Notes under the pieces: generated by a model
What the model was told of the DNA's origin: nothing
Seen by the model: the letters and a program-made list of their open reading frames with translations, nothing else
Databases searched by the model: none
Translations under genes and position numbers: made by a program
Source: an uncultured Chloroflexia bacterium
Lineage (GTDB): Bacteria; Chloroflexota; Chloroflexia; Chloroflexales; Herpetosiphonaceae
Length of the DNA stretch: 64,000 bases
Assembly (NCBI GenBank): GCA_963767035.1
Contig: CAVYBW010000001.1
Coordinates: 2,438,547 to 2,502,546 of the forward strand
Direction of reading: 5' to 3'
Part shown: in pieces, positions 1-11,437 of the stretch
Layout: the number at the start of each line of letters is the position of its first letter
Numbering within the stretch: position 1 is the stretch's first letter

Positions 1-1795
1 GCAACCATTACGCGAGCCAGCATCGCTTCTGGCGATACAACGCTGCACTTATTTGCCTCCAATAACAACAATCCTGGGCCGAATCTTACGCTGATCGAAA
101 CCGATTTGAGCGATGGAGTGCATACTAATGGCTCATCGGTGATTAGCTCAGCGCCAATTACGACCACTGGCAGCTACTTTATCAAGCTTGAGGGTGGCAC
201 GCCAACCACGCTGATTGAACCTTACGATTTATATGTGCGGGTCTTGAGCACAAACGTTAGTGAGCAAGAACCAAACGACCTCGTACCACAAAGCATTACA
301 ACCCAAGCCAGCGTCAGTGGTATCCTCTCAGCAACCAATGATCTTGATCGCTACCAATTTAGCGTAAATGCTGGCGACACGATTTTTGCAACTGTTGATT
401 TTGACCCTGAGCGCGATGGCACAACCTGGAATGGCTTGCTAAGGATTGGGTTGGTCGACACGCTGTATTTCGAAGTCAATGATGGCAACAGTGTTTCGCC
501 CAATGCCGAAGCCAATGCGATGACGGTTCAGCAAGCAGGAACCTACGAAATTCAGATTGGTTCGGCGGTTGATGTTGGCTCACAAGCCAGCTATCTGGCC
601 CAAGTGCTGATTCTGCCAGCAGCAACTCAGGCCAACTGCCAAACCGTGACGAGCCAAACAGCCGCCCAAGCAATTGGCCCCAATCCCGGAATCATCCAAT
701 CAAGCATCACGGTTGAACAAGCTGCCAACATTGGCGATCTTGATGTGCTGCTTGATTTAGAGCATAGCCTCATGACCGATTTGGATGTAACCTTGACCGC
801 GCCTGATGGCAATGTGGTTGCTCTCTTCACGGATATTGGCAGCGCCCAGCGCCCTAACGTCAATCTCGTGATCGATCAGCAAGCAGCCTTGCCGCTTGGC
901 AGCTATAACAATTTGAGTGGCATTCATTATGCTCCCGAATTTAATAGTAGCCTTGATTGGTTTGCAGGCCAACAAGCCCAGGGCCAATGGACATTGACAA
1001 TCTATGATGATAGCGACCACAATGGCGGCAGCTTAAATAGTTGGGGCTTGCGGATTTGTGGCATGCCTGCGCCTGCTGATTGTCCAACTGGGATGGCGCG
1101 TAGTGTCCTGTATAGCAGTCAATTTGAGGCTGATAATGGTGGGTTTACGTCACCTGACCTGTTTGAGCAAGAATGGGTTTGGGGTAACCGCAACAGCCCA
1201 CCGATTGTCGGCGCTCATAGCGGTGAAAACAGCTGGAACACCAACTTTAACCGGCAATTATCCCAATAGCGCGCGAATGCAATTGGACTCACCTACTATC
1301 AATTTTACAAATGTTAGTGGACCAATTTATGCACGTTGGTATCAACGCTATCAACTTGGTTCTAGCATCAATGATTTTTATCTGGTAACCGCCCATAGCC
1401 CTCAACGAGTATCAACCTTATTTGAGCATCGCAGCGCAGCTATGCGCATGGAAGTTGGCAACCCAGCTCTAACGCTTGAGCAAAGCACGGGCTGGGGCTT
1501 GCAACAGCATGATCTCAGCTATTTGGCAGGCAGTATGATCTATCGGTTGCGGTGGGATTTTGGCAGCGATTCCCATGATACCTTTGCTGGCATCGCGATT
1601 GATGATGTGGAAATTACTGGCTGTATTGATGCTGGTTTGATTACCCCAACCATCACACCAACCTCAAGCACCACCCCAACGCCAAGCGTTACGCCAATAG
1701 TAACGCCAAGCATCACGCCAACGCCAAGTGCGACACCAACGATTGATCCAGCACGCTTCTACATCCATCTACCACTCGTCATAATCAATCAATAG
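1..1795 (+). CDS. Secreted multidomain protein, paralog A (5' partial). Domains: PPC (pre-peptidase C-terminal) domains, a proprotein-convertase P-domain, a C-terminal beta-sandwich domain and a Pro/Thr linker. Reading frame is interrupted near 1249.
   Basis: The frame is open from nt 1. The 'WTLTIYDDSDHNGGSLNSWGLRICG' stretch is a P-domain signature. The '[25 protein letters not shown]' stretch is a PPC-like fold. ORF 1058..1795 continues the alignment with paralog B (GPIYARWYQRYQ vs [12 protein letters not shown]) after a 1-nt shift in 'aactttaacc'. The C-terminus has a TPTPS linker. Confidence 0.6.
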
Positions 1796-1884
1796 CATCG
1801 ATGGCCCAGTGCTCCAGCCGGGGGATTCTCGGCTGGAGCAGAATCCCCCAAATTCACCCTTGTGTTTAGCTGTTAAGTCAGCCT

Positions 1885-4178
1885 ATGCTAGCCCAATCCC
1901 ACCTTCATCATTCCCTCAGCAAAAGCCTTGGTTTAGGAGGTTTGCATGCGTCTACGGATTGGGTTTATCGGCCTCAGATCGCCTTGATTGGGTTAACGGG
2001 CAGTTTTCGCGCTTTCAAGCCCGTGCAAGCAGCGCCAGCACAACCAGCCAGTACATCCAACCAAGCCAACGCTCCGCAAGGTGCAGCCCGGATCAAAGAG
2101 CAGGAGAGCAACAACACGCCAGCAACTGCGAACCAAATCATTGGTCAGTCGGGAATTGTGCGTGGCTATATTACAGCCAATGATAGTGATTTCTTTGCAA
2201 TTCCACTCAGCAGTGGTCAACGCTTAGCTGCTGGAACCATGACTTCAGCCTCAGTTGGCACCGCAGATAGTATTTTAACGCTCTACCATCCTGATGGCAC
2301 AACCGTTGTAGAGTTCGATAACGATGATGGAGGTTTTGGCTCAACGGCATCAGTGATCAGTTCGGCCATTATCACGAATACTGGCACCTATTATCTTAAG
2401 CTCACAGCCAATAACACCACCAATAAAATTTATTACTACGATCTCTACCTGCGGGTATTGACAGCGCCCAACGCCTGAGCAGAGAGCCCAATAACCCAGC
2501 TCAACTGCTGCCGGCCAGCGGCATTGTCAGCGGGGTGGTTTCAACAACTGCGGATCTTGATATCTTTCAAGTAAGCGTGAATGCTGGCGATACGATTTTT
2601 GCGACGCTCGATATGGACCCAGAACGCGATGGCATAAGCTGGAATGGCCGACTTGGCATTGGCAATTTTAATGGCGCCCCCCTGATCGTGAATGATACTA
2701 ATGCCGTTTCGCCTAATGCTGAATTCTTCCCTATGACCGTGAAAGAAGCTGGTAACTATATTATTCGGGTTGATAGCACTGTGGCAGTAAACAACGGCAG
2801 CTATATACTACAAGTGCAAATTATCCCTGCCGAGGCTCAGATCAACTGCCAAACCTATATGAGCACCGATATTAATCAGACCATTCCGGGTGGCCCCGGC
2901 ATGATTACATCCACCCTAACAATCCCCAATACTGGGTTGATTGAAGATTTGGATGTGATTGTTCAGCTGGATCACACGTTTATTCCTGACCTTGACACCC
3001 TCTTAACCGCCCCTGATGGCAATAGTATTGCCTTATTCACTGATGTTGGGGTCTCAACTGTTGCCCCAGCAACCATGAATGTGGTTATCGATGATGAAGC
3101 CGCAATTCCACTCTTATCAGGGATAACTGTTTCTGGCACGGTCTCACTACCAGAACTTTATCGTCTGAGTTGGTTCGATGGACAACGCAGCCAAGGCAAT
3201 TGGACACTCACCCTGTATGACGATGCTTCAGGCGATGGTGGCACATTAAAAAATTGGGGCCTGCGGGTTTGTGCCGCCCCACCACCAGTTGATTGCCCCG
3301 ATGGTTCAACCGTTACCACAATCTATAGCAGCGATTTCGAATCAAGCAATGGCGGCTTTACCCATGCTGGCACAAATGATTCATGGCAATATGGCCAACC
3401 AAATTTTGCGCCAATTGTTGGAAGCTATAGTGGTCTCAATAGCTGGAAAACCAATCTGACTGGGCCTTATTCCGCGTCAATGAGCGCCAATTTAACCTCA
3501 CCAGCAATCGATCTGAGCGGTGTGGTTGGCCCAATTCAAGTCCAATGGCAACAGCGCTATCAGTTGGATACCGCGGTGAACGATAACTATTCAGTCAGTG
3601 TGCTCGGCAATACAACCCAAACCCTTTTTGATCACCGCGACGGAATTATGCGCGAAACGGTCGGTAATCCAGTGGTCACAATTCAACAAAGTACCGGCTG
3701 GAGCCGTCAACTGCACACTATTAATGATTTTGTCGGTCAATCAATTAATCTCCAATTTCACCTTGATAGTGATGCAGCAATTCAATTAGCAGGGGTAGCA
3801 ATTGATAATGTTCAGGTTACTGGTTGTCTTTTGAATCCAACCGCAACCGCAACCGCAACTGCAACTGCAACCAACACGCCAACTGCGACCGCAACCGCAA
3901 CCAACACGCCAACCACGACCAATACACCGATTGTCAGCGATACCCCAACCAACACGCCAACTGCGACCGCAACCGCAACCAATACGCCAACAATTACGGT
4001 TACACCGACCAATACTAATACGCCAACAATTACGGCGACACCCAGCAATACGCCAACCAATACCAATACACCAACGATCACAATCACACCAAGCCATACC
4101 CCAACGGCTACGCCAAGCGTAACCCCGGGGCCAACCCTGATTCCGGTCTATCTGCCGTGGGTTGGAAAAGATGCTTAA
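1885..4178 (+). CDS. Secreted multidomain protein, paralog B. Domain order: PPC, PPC, P-domain, beta-sandwich domain, long Thr/Pro/Ala linker. Frameshift near 2465, possibly a second near 1980. The start may be ATG 1946 behind RBS 'taggagg'.
   Basis: ORF 1885..2478 ends in '[12 protein letters not shown]'. The other frame continues with '[51 protein letters not shown]', which is the paralog A motif. '[25 protein letters not shown]' is the P-domain. The TATATNTPT repeats at 3830-4110 form the linker. Confidence 0.6.
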
Positions 4179-4198
4179 TCGATAACGTTCAGTGTTTG

Positions 4199-4231
4199 AT
4201 AGCCCGTGGCTGAGCCACGGGCTATTTTTTG
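4199..4231 (+). terminator. Rho-independent terminator after paralog B
   Basis: Perfect hairpin 'agcccgtggc tga gccacgggct' followed by 'attttttg'. Confidence 0.7.
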
Positions 4232-4403
4232 CCAACGCATGAGGTTGTGAAGATTTGATGTAGCCTTGGCTAAACGCTGAATGAGCAAGTTAAGTGCTTG
4301 CTCGTATTTCTCTAAACCACCATTTAGCTTACATTAGCCTGCGTTTTAGCTAAATATTGCTACAATACAAGCAGCAAGATAAACGCTCAGCTATGGAGTC
4401 GTT

Positions 4404-5510
4404 ATGACCAATACAAAACGAACCGTCGGTTTCGGCGGATTGATCATTGCCGCATTGGCGCTCTCAGGAATTGGTGGTGGTTTAGTCGGTGGCGTGGCAG
4501 GCTATCGCTTGGCCCAAGTTGATCAAACGGCGACTGCGGTTGTGGTCACTCCAACCAGTACCAATCAACAAACAATCGACAATCTCACCGCCCAACCGGT
4601 TGTTGCCAATAGCAATGATGCAGTCGTTCAAACTGTTGCCAATGCCTCGCCAGCAGTGGTCAAAATCATTAGCACGGTTGCCGGTGGCCAGGCCAGTGGC
4701 TCAGGCGCAATCATCAATCAAGATGGCTATATCATCACCAATAATCACGTTGTCGAAGGCCAAAACCGCCTGCAAGTTATTTATTCCGATGGCACGAGCC
4801 ATAACGCCGAGCTAATCGGCACCGATGCCTTTTCGGATATTGCAGTGATTCGGGTGCTCGATGCGGTGCCAGCCACAATTTCCTTGGGCAATTCGGATGA
4901 GCTACAGCCAGGCGAAACTGTGGTAGCGATTGGTAGCCCGCTTGGGAAGTTCCAAAATAGCGTTACGGTTGGGGTGGTGAGCGCACTCGACCGCACAATC
5001 GATCGTATGGAAGGCTTGATTCAAACCGATGCCGCGATTAACCATGGCAATAGTGGCGGCCCGTTGATTAATCTCAAAGGCGAAATTGTTGGCATCAATA
5101 CCTTAGTTGTGCGTGGCGATGTTGGCAGTTTGGATGAAGCTCAAGGCTTGGGCTTTGCCGTACCCTCGAATATTGTGCGTGAAGTGAGCGATACCTTGAT
5201 TGCCAATGGTCAGGTCGTGCGGCCATACATGGGCATTAGCTACGAATTACTTTCGCCCGAAACCGCCGAACTGGGCATTCCCAGCGATAAAGGTGCGTTT
5301 GTTACCAATGTTGATGAAGGAACACCAGCCCGCCGGGCAGGCATTAGCCGTGGCGATATTATTCTCTCAGTCAATGGCGAGCAAATTACCCAACGCCACT
5401 CGTTGCAACGCCTGTTGTTACAATATAAGCCCGGCGATACGGTTACGGTCGCGATTGAACGCAACGGCCAGCAACAAGAGGTGCAAATTACTCTGACTGA
5501 ACGCCCATAA
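4404..5510 (+). CDS. htrA: HtrA/DegP-family serine protease with C-terminal PDZ domain and N-terminal membrane anchor
   Basis: Catalytic triad motifs 'TNNHVV', 'DIAVIRV' and 'GNSGGPLIN'. The PDZ region is 'RRAGISRGDIILSVNGEQI'. The N-terminus has a TM segment. Confidence 0.85.
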   Translation: MTNTKRTVGFGGLIIAALALSGIGGGLVGGVAGYRLAQVDQTATAVVVTPTSTNQQTIDNLTAQPVVANSNDAVVQTVANASPAVVKIISTVAGGQASGSGAIINQDGYIITNNHVVEGQNRLQVIYSDGTSHNAELIGTDAFSDIAVIRVLDAVPATISLGNSDELQPGETVVAIGSPLGKFQNSVTVGVVSALDRTIDRMEGLIQTDAAINHGNSGGPLINLKGEIVGINTLVVRGDVGSLDEAQGLGFAVPSNIVREVSDTLIANGQVVRPYMGISYELLSPETAELGIPSDKGAFVTNVDEGTPARRAGISRGDIILSVNGEQITQRHSLQRLLLQYKPGDTVTVAIERNGQQQEVQITLTERP

Positions 5511-5535
5511 TCAACCAAATTAATACTCCTCAACC

Positions 5536-5567
5536 AAGCCCTTCGTCAAGCAACGAAGGGCTTTTTG
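5536..5567 (+). terminator. Rho-independent terminator after htrA
   Basis: 'agcccttcg tcaagcaa cgaagggct' followed by 'ttttgg'. Confidence 0.7.
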
Positions 5568-5571
5568 GTGC

Positions 5572-6554
5572 TTACGATTCAATCATTGCAGGTTCTTGCA
5601 GTTCCAAATGCAAATTGGCTGCATCAAGCCTCGCTTGGATGCCTATTGGCAATGGCAGCATCGCTTGATTGTGACCAAAATCAACCTCTGCCAGAATTGG
5701 AAAATCGTAATCGGCCAACACTGCAAGAATCGCCTCGCGTGGCGTTGGATCAGTCGCACTCTCACCAAAATATTGATTAATCCAAATCAATTTGCCAATA
5801 ACCATCCCACTAATCTGATCAAGCACACCTAAAGGTTAAGCCGTGTGAGATCAATCGTCAGATCATACAGCGTCGTTCCAAGTTCTTCCCAAAAAAAGAT
5901 TGCTCCCTCAAACCACGCTGGTTTAGGCCAATAACGCGTTCCAGCAAGCGCAACCAGTCGTTTGAGATTGCCGCCGATCAAGCGCCCGGTCGTTACCCCT
6001 GGCCGCCAGCATTCCCACTCACTCAAGCGCGGCAATTGGCCTAATGGATCGCTACGCAACAGCAGTTGGCGATAGAGATTGGTCAAGCGATCATGCTGTT
6101 CTGGCTTAAGTTTGGCCCAATAATGCCCAAAGCCATCCTTGAGATCGTTGGTATGCAAGCCACTATGGCCGCATTGAGCCAAAATTGCCCACTGATAGAG
6201 GGTTGTATCGCTCATGCCGAGAAATGGCTTAGGATTGGCCGCAATCAGTTGATAATCGAGATAATCCAGCACGGTGAGCGCCGAGAATCCACCAGTCAGG
6301 GCAATAATTGCCCGCACCGCCGGATTGGCGAACATGGCGTTAATATCGGCGGCCTGTTGTTGCGGTGTGCCAGCCGACCACCAACGACGGGTTTCAATGG
6401 TTTTCCCTTCGAGCAACTCGAAGCCCAACATGCGCAAGGTTGCGCTTCCAGCCGCATAGTCTTCTTGCCAATCGTCAAAGAGTGGTAACGACGATGCAAC
6501 GACACCAATTGTATCGCCAGGTTTGAGGCAATGTGGTTTGATCAACAATGGCAT
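5572..6554 (-). CDS. LD-carboxypeptidase (peptidase S66, LdcA/MccF family). Frameshift near 5826-5832 splits it into ORFs 5829..6554 and 5572..5826.
   Basis: N-terminal 'LKPGDTIGVVASS' is the S66 signature. The downstream ORF carries the conserved C-terminal 'GHNQAMLPLPIGIQARLDA'. The two pieces are in different frames and abut at 5826/5829. Confidence 0.7.
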
Positions 6555-6693
6555 GTGTATTCCTTTATAGAATCAACCCAACCAATGTAGCAATCATTGC
6601 TTGGCTTGGCATTGGCCAAACGATGGATTTATGGCATAGCACTTGCCCTTTACAAACGGTTTAGAATGACAGACGAAATGTAGCCCTGAAGGA

Positions 6694-7089
6694 GTGTGTA
6701 GAATGCGCCGTTGGTTTTTAGCTCTGAGTCTTTTGCTGCTGCTCGCTAGCTGCTCAACCAGTAGCATCGCTACCCAAGTTTCCGATACGGTTCAACAATT
6801 AAGTGAAACATCAGTCCAAGATTTGGTTAATCGTTTATCGGGCATCGAAGAGGCAGTGCGCAACAACGATTGGGAGCAAACCCGCGCCTTGTTTAGCACC
6901 GTCGAGCAAGGCTGGAATGCCTTACGCGTGCCAGTCGAGGCGGCTTTTCCCGACATTGCCAACAATATCCAAGCGCAAATTGATCGCTTAAGCCAAGCCT
7001 TGAGTGTCGAGCTACCAAGCTCCGATGAAGTTCGGGCTGGTTTATCCGATCTGCGCGATCAATTAGTGGCCTTATTACAAGCACTGTAG
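6694..7089 (+). CDS. Small lipoprotein, hypothetical
   Basis: Lipobox 'LLLASCS'. RBS 'gaaggag' lies upstream. No recognisable catalytic motif. Confidence 0.5.
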   Translation: MCRMRRWFLALSLLLLLASCSTSSIATQVSDTVQQLSETSVQDLVNRLSGIEEAVRNNDWEQTRALFSTVEQGWNALRVPVEAAFPDIANNIQAQIDRLSQALSVELPSSDEVRAGLSDLRDQLVALLQAL

Positions 7090-7150
7090 AGCTAGTTTTT
7101 GGCCTAAATTGTGGTATGCTTTTTGAGGCTTCCAGCATAGAGGAACCGGT

Positions 7151-7804
7151 GTGAGTGAATTTCAGCAGGCCTTGGCGTATGCGCTTGAGCCGCGCAATTT
7201 AGCGCGATTAAGTGCAGCTCTCAGTCGGCATGGGCAGCTTGTTGCCAGTGCGATGGCGATTGCACTGCTGCTTGGCTTACCTATAGGTTGGTTGAGTAGC
7301 CGCTCACGCCTGATTAGCGCAATCGCGATCAATACCACCAATGTGCTGCGGGTTATCCCGAGCCTTGCGATTCTGTTTCTGTTTGTTGCTATTCCTGGCT
7401 ATGGCCTGAGCATTCGTTCAGCAATTGTGGCGCTCACCATTTTGGCCTTGCCACCAATTTTAATCAATACCAATGCTGCTTTTCGCACGCTCAACCCAGC
7501 GGTGCGCGAGGCGGCTAAAGCCATGGGCATGCCCGCATGGCTCCAATTATGGCGGGTCGAATTGCCCTTAGCTGCGCCAGTGATCTTATCGGGCATTCGC
7601 ATCGCCTTAGTCGAGGTGATTGCCAGCGCAACCTTAGCCGCATTTATTGGGGCGGGTGGCTTAGGCAGTTTTATCACCTTAGGATTTAGTATGAGCCGCG
7701 TCGATATTTTGCTTGTTGGCGCTATTCCGGTGGCTTTGCTGGCCATAGTGGCCGAAATCGTAATGGCAGGGCTGTTGCGATGGGTGCAACCACCACAGTT
7801 TTAG
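7151..7804 (+). CDS. ABC transporter permease (osmoprotectant/glycine betaine type, OpuCB-like)
   Basis: Six TM segments and an EAA-like loop ('AAKAMGMPAWLQLWRVELPLA'). It heads a four-gene opu-like operon. Confidence 0.75.
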   Translation: MSEFQQALAYALEPRNLARLSAALSRHGQLVASAMAIALLLGLPIGWLSSRSRLISAIAINTTNVLRVIPSLAILFLFVAIPGYGLSIRSAIVALTILALPPILINTNAAFRTLNPAVREAAKAMGMPAWLQLWRVELPLAAPVILSGIRIALVEVIASATLAAFIGAGGLGSFITLGFSMSRVDILLVGAIPVALLAIVAEIVMAGLLRWVQPPQF

Positions 7805-7825
7805 TTTGTTTGGACAGGAGGATTC

Positions 7826-8764
7826 ATGCGACGTTTTATTCAGCTAACGGTGTTGCTCACGCTCTTGATGACGATTTTAGCTGCTTGTGGTGATGATACA
7901 GCCGTCACCAGCGTGCCAAGCGGCAGCAATACCCCCGTGCCGAGCAGCAATCAAGTAATTCGGATTGCCTCAAAGAATTTTACCGAGCAATTTATTGTTG
8001 GCGAAATGTATGCTTTGCTCTTAGAACAAGCAGGCTACAAAGTTGAACGCAAAATTGGCTTAGGTGCAACCGATGTTGCTCAAGCCGCAATGGAAAAAGG
8101 CGAAATCGATATTTATCCCGAGTACACTGGCACTGGTTTGTTGACGGTGCTCAAATTGCCAACCCAAACCGATCCCAAAGCCGTCTATGAAACGGTCAAA
8201 AAAGGCTATGCCGAAAAATATCAAATTGCATGGCTCGACCCAGCGCCAATGAACAATACCCAAGCCTTGGCCATGACTAAAGAAGGGGCACAAAAATTTG
8301 GCATTATCACAATTTCTGATATGGCTGCCAAAGCTGGCGAATTACGCATGATCGGCCCACCCGAGTTCCAAGAACGCGAAGATGGTTTGCCAGGCATTCA
8401 AGCCAAATATGGCAACTTCGAGTTAAAAGAATATGTGCCAGTCGATCCAGGCCTCAAGTACAAAGGTTTGGTCGAGGGCAATGCCGATGTGGTCGTGGCG
8501 TTTGGCACCGACGGTGAAATTGCCAATTATGGCTTGGTCGTGCTCAAAGACGATCGCGCCATGTTCCCACCATACCAAATTGCACCGTTGGTTCGCCAAA
8601 GTGTCTTGGATGCCAACCCCAAATTGGCCGAATTGCTCAATGCCTTGGCCCCAAAACTCGATGATGCAACCATGCAACAACTCAATTTCGAAGTCAGTGG
8701 CAATAATCGCAAATACGAAGATGTAGCCAAAGAGTTCTTAACCGCTCAAGGCTTATTAAAGTAG
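7826..8764 (+). CDS. Glycine betaine/osmoprotectant substrate-binding lipoprotein (OpuAC/OpuCC family)
   Basis: Lipobox 'LAACGDD'. The sequence is typical of OpuAC-fold SBPs. It sits between permease and ATPase genes. Confidence 0.75.
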   Translation: MRRFIQLTVLLTLLMTILAACGDDTAVTSVPSGSNTPVPSSNQVIRIASKNFTEQFIVGEMYALLLEQAGYKVERKIGLGATDVAQAAMEKGEIDIYPEYTGTGLLTVLKLPTQTDPKAVYETVKKGYAEKYQIAWLDPAPMNNTQALAMTKEGAQKFGIITISDMAAKAGELRMIGPPEFQEREDGLPGIQAKYGNFELKEYVPVDPGLKYKGLVEGNADVVVAFGTDGEIANYGLVVLKDDRAMFPPYQIAPLVRQSVLDANPKLAELLNALAPKLDDATMQQLNFEVSGNNRKYEDVAKEFLTAQGLLK

Positions 8765-8782
8765 GTTTTCAAGCGAATTGGC

Positions 8783-8922
8783 GTTTCCTCACCCCCAACC
8801 TGCTCTCCCACGTTCGTCAGTGGGAGAGCAGGAGCACCTGTCTTCACCACGAACTGCGGCAGAACCATGGTGTTAAAGCTCTTCACCCGTTGAACGGGAG
8901 AGGAGCTGGGGTGAGGAAACGC
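8783..8922. mobile_element. MITE-like palindromic repeat, family A, with perfect 15-bp terminal inverted repeats
   Basis: Left end 'gcgtttcctcacccc' and right end 'ggggtgaggaaacgc' are exact reverse complements. Internal hairpins are 'ctgctctccca...tgggagagcag' and 'cccgttgaacggg'. The element lies in the opuCC-opuCA intergenic region. Confidence 0.65.
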
Positions 8923-8958
8923 AATCACTCACCAATTTAAGCTTAGGGAGTTGCAGGT

Positions 8959-9932
8959 GTGAGCACTATCGAGTTTCAGAATGTCCGCAAAAGTTATCCC
9001 AAAGCCACAACTGCGGCGCTCGCCGATATTTCACTGACGATCAATCGCGGCGAATTTGTGATTTTACTTGGGCCATCAGGCTGTGGCAAAACCACCTTGA
9101 TGAAGATGATCAATCGCTTGATTGAACCAAGTAGTGGCACGATTTTGCTCGATGGGGTCGATATTCAAACCGTCAATGCCACCAAGTTACGCCAGCAAAT
9201 TGGCTATGTTATCCAGCAAGTTGGCTTGTTCCCCACATGACGGTCGCCGAAAATATTGCGGTCGTGCCCAAATTGCTTGGCTGGCCCAAAGCTAAAATCC
9301 AAAGCCGCATCGACGAACTACTCAACCTGATTCAACTTGACCCAGACCAATTTCGCCAACGCTACCCGGCCCAAATCTCCGGTGGCCAAGCCCAACGGGT
9401 TGGTTTAGCCCGCGCATTGGCAGCCGATCCCGGCGTGATGTTGATGGATGAGCCATTTGGCGCAATCGATGCGATCACCCGCACCATTTTGCAAGATGAG
9501 ATGTTGCGTATTCAACAGCAATTGCATAAAACCATCGTGTTTGTAACCCACGATGTTGAAGAAGCGCTGCGCTTGGCCGATAAAATTGCAATTTTGCACG
9601 AGGGAATGATCGTGCAATACGATACGCCCTTGAATTTATTGCGCAACCCCGCTAATCAATATGTGGCCGATCTGCTAGGAGCCGATGATTTGGTGCGCCG
9701 TTTGAGTTTGATCCAAGTGCGCCATGTGCTTCAACCATTGCCCAAAAGCTATGATGCTGCGCTGGCAACGATTGAAGGTAGCCAGAATTTGCGCGAGGGA
9801 TTGAATCAATTGCTGGCTAGCAGCAGCGATCAACTGTTAGTCATCGAGCACAATCAACCAATTGGCACGCTCTCGTTAGCAGCGATTCACGCCTATCTGC
9901 ACCCTGAGGTACGCCATGAACGACATCGTTGA
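8959..9932 (+). CDS. ABC transporter ATP-binding protein (OpuCA-like, with C-terminal CBS-like region). Frameshift at 9237 splits ORFs 8959..9240 and 9237..9932.
   Basis: Walker A 'GPSGCGKTT', signature 'ISGGQAQRV', Walker B 'MLMDEPFGAID'. The break reads 'GLFPT*' then 'MTVAENI', where homologues have 'LFPHMTVAEN'. This looks like a missing C in a 'cccc' run. Confidence 0.8.
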
Positions 9933-10554
9933 TGGTTTCAACTATCTGATTACCGAGCGCGCTGATGTTTGGCAGTTGCTCGGCCAGCATGTCACAATGA
10001 GCCTGCTTGGCCTATTGATTGCAAGCCTAATCGCGTTACCATTGGGATTGTTGGTAGTCCGGGTACGCTGGTTGGCTGGCATTGTGATGGCTGTGCTGAG
10101 TGTGTTGTATACGATTCCTAGTTTGGCAATGCTGATTATCTTGATTGCGATGTTTGGCCTGAGCAAAACCACCGTGGTTGTTACCTTGGTCATCTATGCT
10201 CAAGTCATTTTAGTGCGCAATATCGTGGTTGGCATGCAAAGTATTGATCGCGCGGTAATCGAAGCGGCGCGTGGTTTAGGCATGAATCCATGGCAAATCT
10301 GGTGGCGCATCGAATTGCCTTTGGCGTTGCCAATTATGCTAGCTGGGGTGCGAATTGCCGCGATTATGTGCATTGCAATTAGCTCAATTGCTGCCATGAT
10401 TGGCGTTGGCGGCTTGGGCCAATTGCTGTTTCAAGGCATTACCTTTGATCGCGCAGATATGATCTGGGCTGGCACCATTAGCATTGCCAGTTTGGCCTTG
10501 GTTTGTTATGGCTTATTGGCTTTAGTAGAGCAACGGCTTAGCCCAAAAACATAA
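9916..10554 (+). CDS. ABC transporter permease (OpuCD-like)
   Basis: Multiple TM segments. EAA loop 'EAARGLGMNPWQIWWRIELPLA'. The start overlaps the ATPase stop. Confidence 0.75.
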   Translation: MNDIVDGFNYLITERADVWQLLGQHVTMSLLGLLIASLIALPLGLLVVRVRWLAGIVMAVLSVLYTIPSLAMLIILIAMFGLSKTTVVVTLVIYAQVILVRNIVVGMQSIDRAVIEAARGLGMNPWQIWWRIELPLALPIMLAGVRIAAIMCIAISSIAAMIGVGGLGQLLFQGITFDRADMIWAGTISIASLALVCYGLLALVEQRLSPKT

Positions 10555-10660
10555 TTGGAGCCGCGACCAAATTGCAACAATCATTGCAAACAATCTCAAG
10601 CTCCAATTATAGCCAAACCATACGATAGTTACGAGCAGCGCCGCAGCGCCATAAACAAGT

Positions 10661-11203
10661 TTAGAACCACTTTTTCTCAACAACATACTTCTGATAGAAC
10701 TCAGCATCAGAAGCCACTAAATATAAGACCGCCTGCACCAAACACACGACCCCGACCAAGGCATAGCCGAAAAAGCCAATCACAATACAGGTTAATGGCA
10801 GAAATATCACATTCGACAACAGTAAAATCAAGCCCATTTGATTATTGCCCATGTAAAAGCCGTGAATCCCAAATGGCCCCAAGAAAAAAGCCAACAAAGC
10901 GGCGACAACTTTATTTTTCTCGCTCTGCGCATAACCTTGGGGAACTTGATATTGATATGGTTGTTGGTAATTAACCATTGGTTGTTGATACTGAGCTTGG
11001 TATGGTGGTGGCTGAACTGGTTGAATTGGCTGGTCATAATTTTGATAGCCTACCGCTGGCTGAGCCGGATTTTGATAGGCTACCGTTTGAGCGCCATGCA
11101 CTGGGCTGCCTTGCAACGAGCCACCACAATTGGTACAAAACATCACATCAGGATGGGTTTGAGTGCTACAGGTTGGGCAAACTTTATAAAATGCTTGAGT
11201 CAT
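10661..11203 (-). CDS. Zinc-ribbon plus Q/Y/P-rich linker plus TM2-domain membrane protein
   Basis: N-terminal 'CPTCSTQ...CTNCGG' is a zinc ribbon. The C-terminal 'GIHGFYMGN' lies within two TM helices, as in the TM2 domain. Confidence 0.6.
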   Translation of the reverse strand: MTQAFYKVCPTCSTQTHPDVMFCTNCGGSLQGSPVHGAQTVAYQNPAQPAVGYQNYDQPIQPVQPPPYQAQYQQPMVNYQQPYQYQVPQGYAQSEKNKVVAALLAFFLGPFGIHGFYMGNNQMGLILLLSNVIFLPLTCIVIGFFGYALVGVVCLVQAVLYLVASDAEFYQKYVVEKKWF

Positions 11204-11437
11204 AACAGTTTCCTCAGCGCTTACAATAGCGGCAGTAAATTATTGAATATATTTTAGTTGCAATCGTATCTGCGTTTAAGACGTTTTTACCTGATCTTTT
11301 GTTTCAAGCTCAGCATATCAGTCAGGGCTTAGGCCGTCATCAGTCGCGAGATGCAGCGTTAATCGGTCGCATGCAGATAGCCTTTAATCGTCAATCAGGC
11401 GAAAATAGCATATCAAACTTTTGCTTGGAGTACAATC

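Noticed and set aside
1058-1795. Separate gene call for ORF 1058..1795 (also 2535..4178, 5572..5826, 9237..9932, 16743..17759)
   Set aside because: Each continues the homolog alignment of the preceding ORF in another frame. They were merged as single frameshifted genes.
3812-4087. Antisense ORFs inside Pro/Thr-linker DNA (also 22088..22582, 59248..59664, 60189..60740)
   Set aside because: Low-complexity Val/Gly/Ala or Arg/Trp/Gly translations of the reverse strand of ACC/GCA-repeat linker DNA. They sit within well-supported sense genes.
10555-10974. 139-aa ORF antisense to the TM2-domain gene
   Set aside because: Basic low-complexity translation opposite a gene with clear zinc-ribbon and TM2 motifs.
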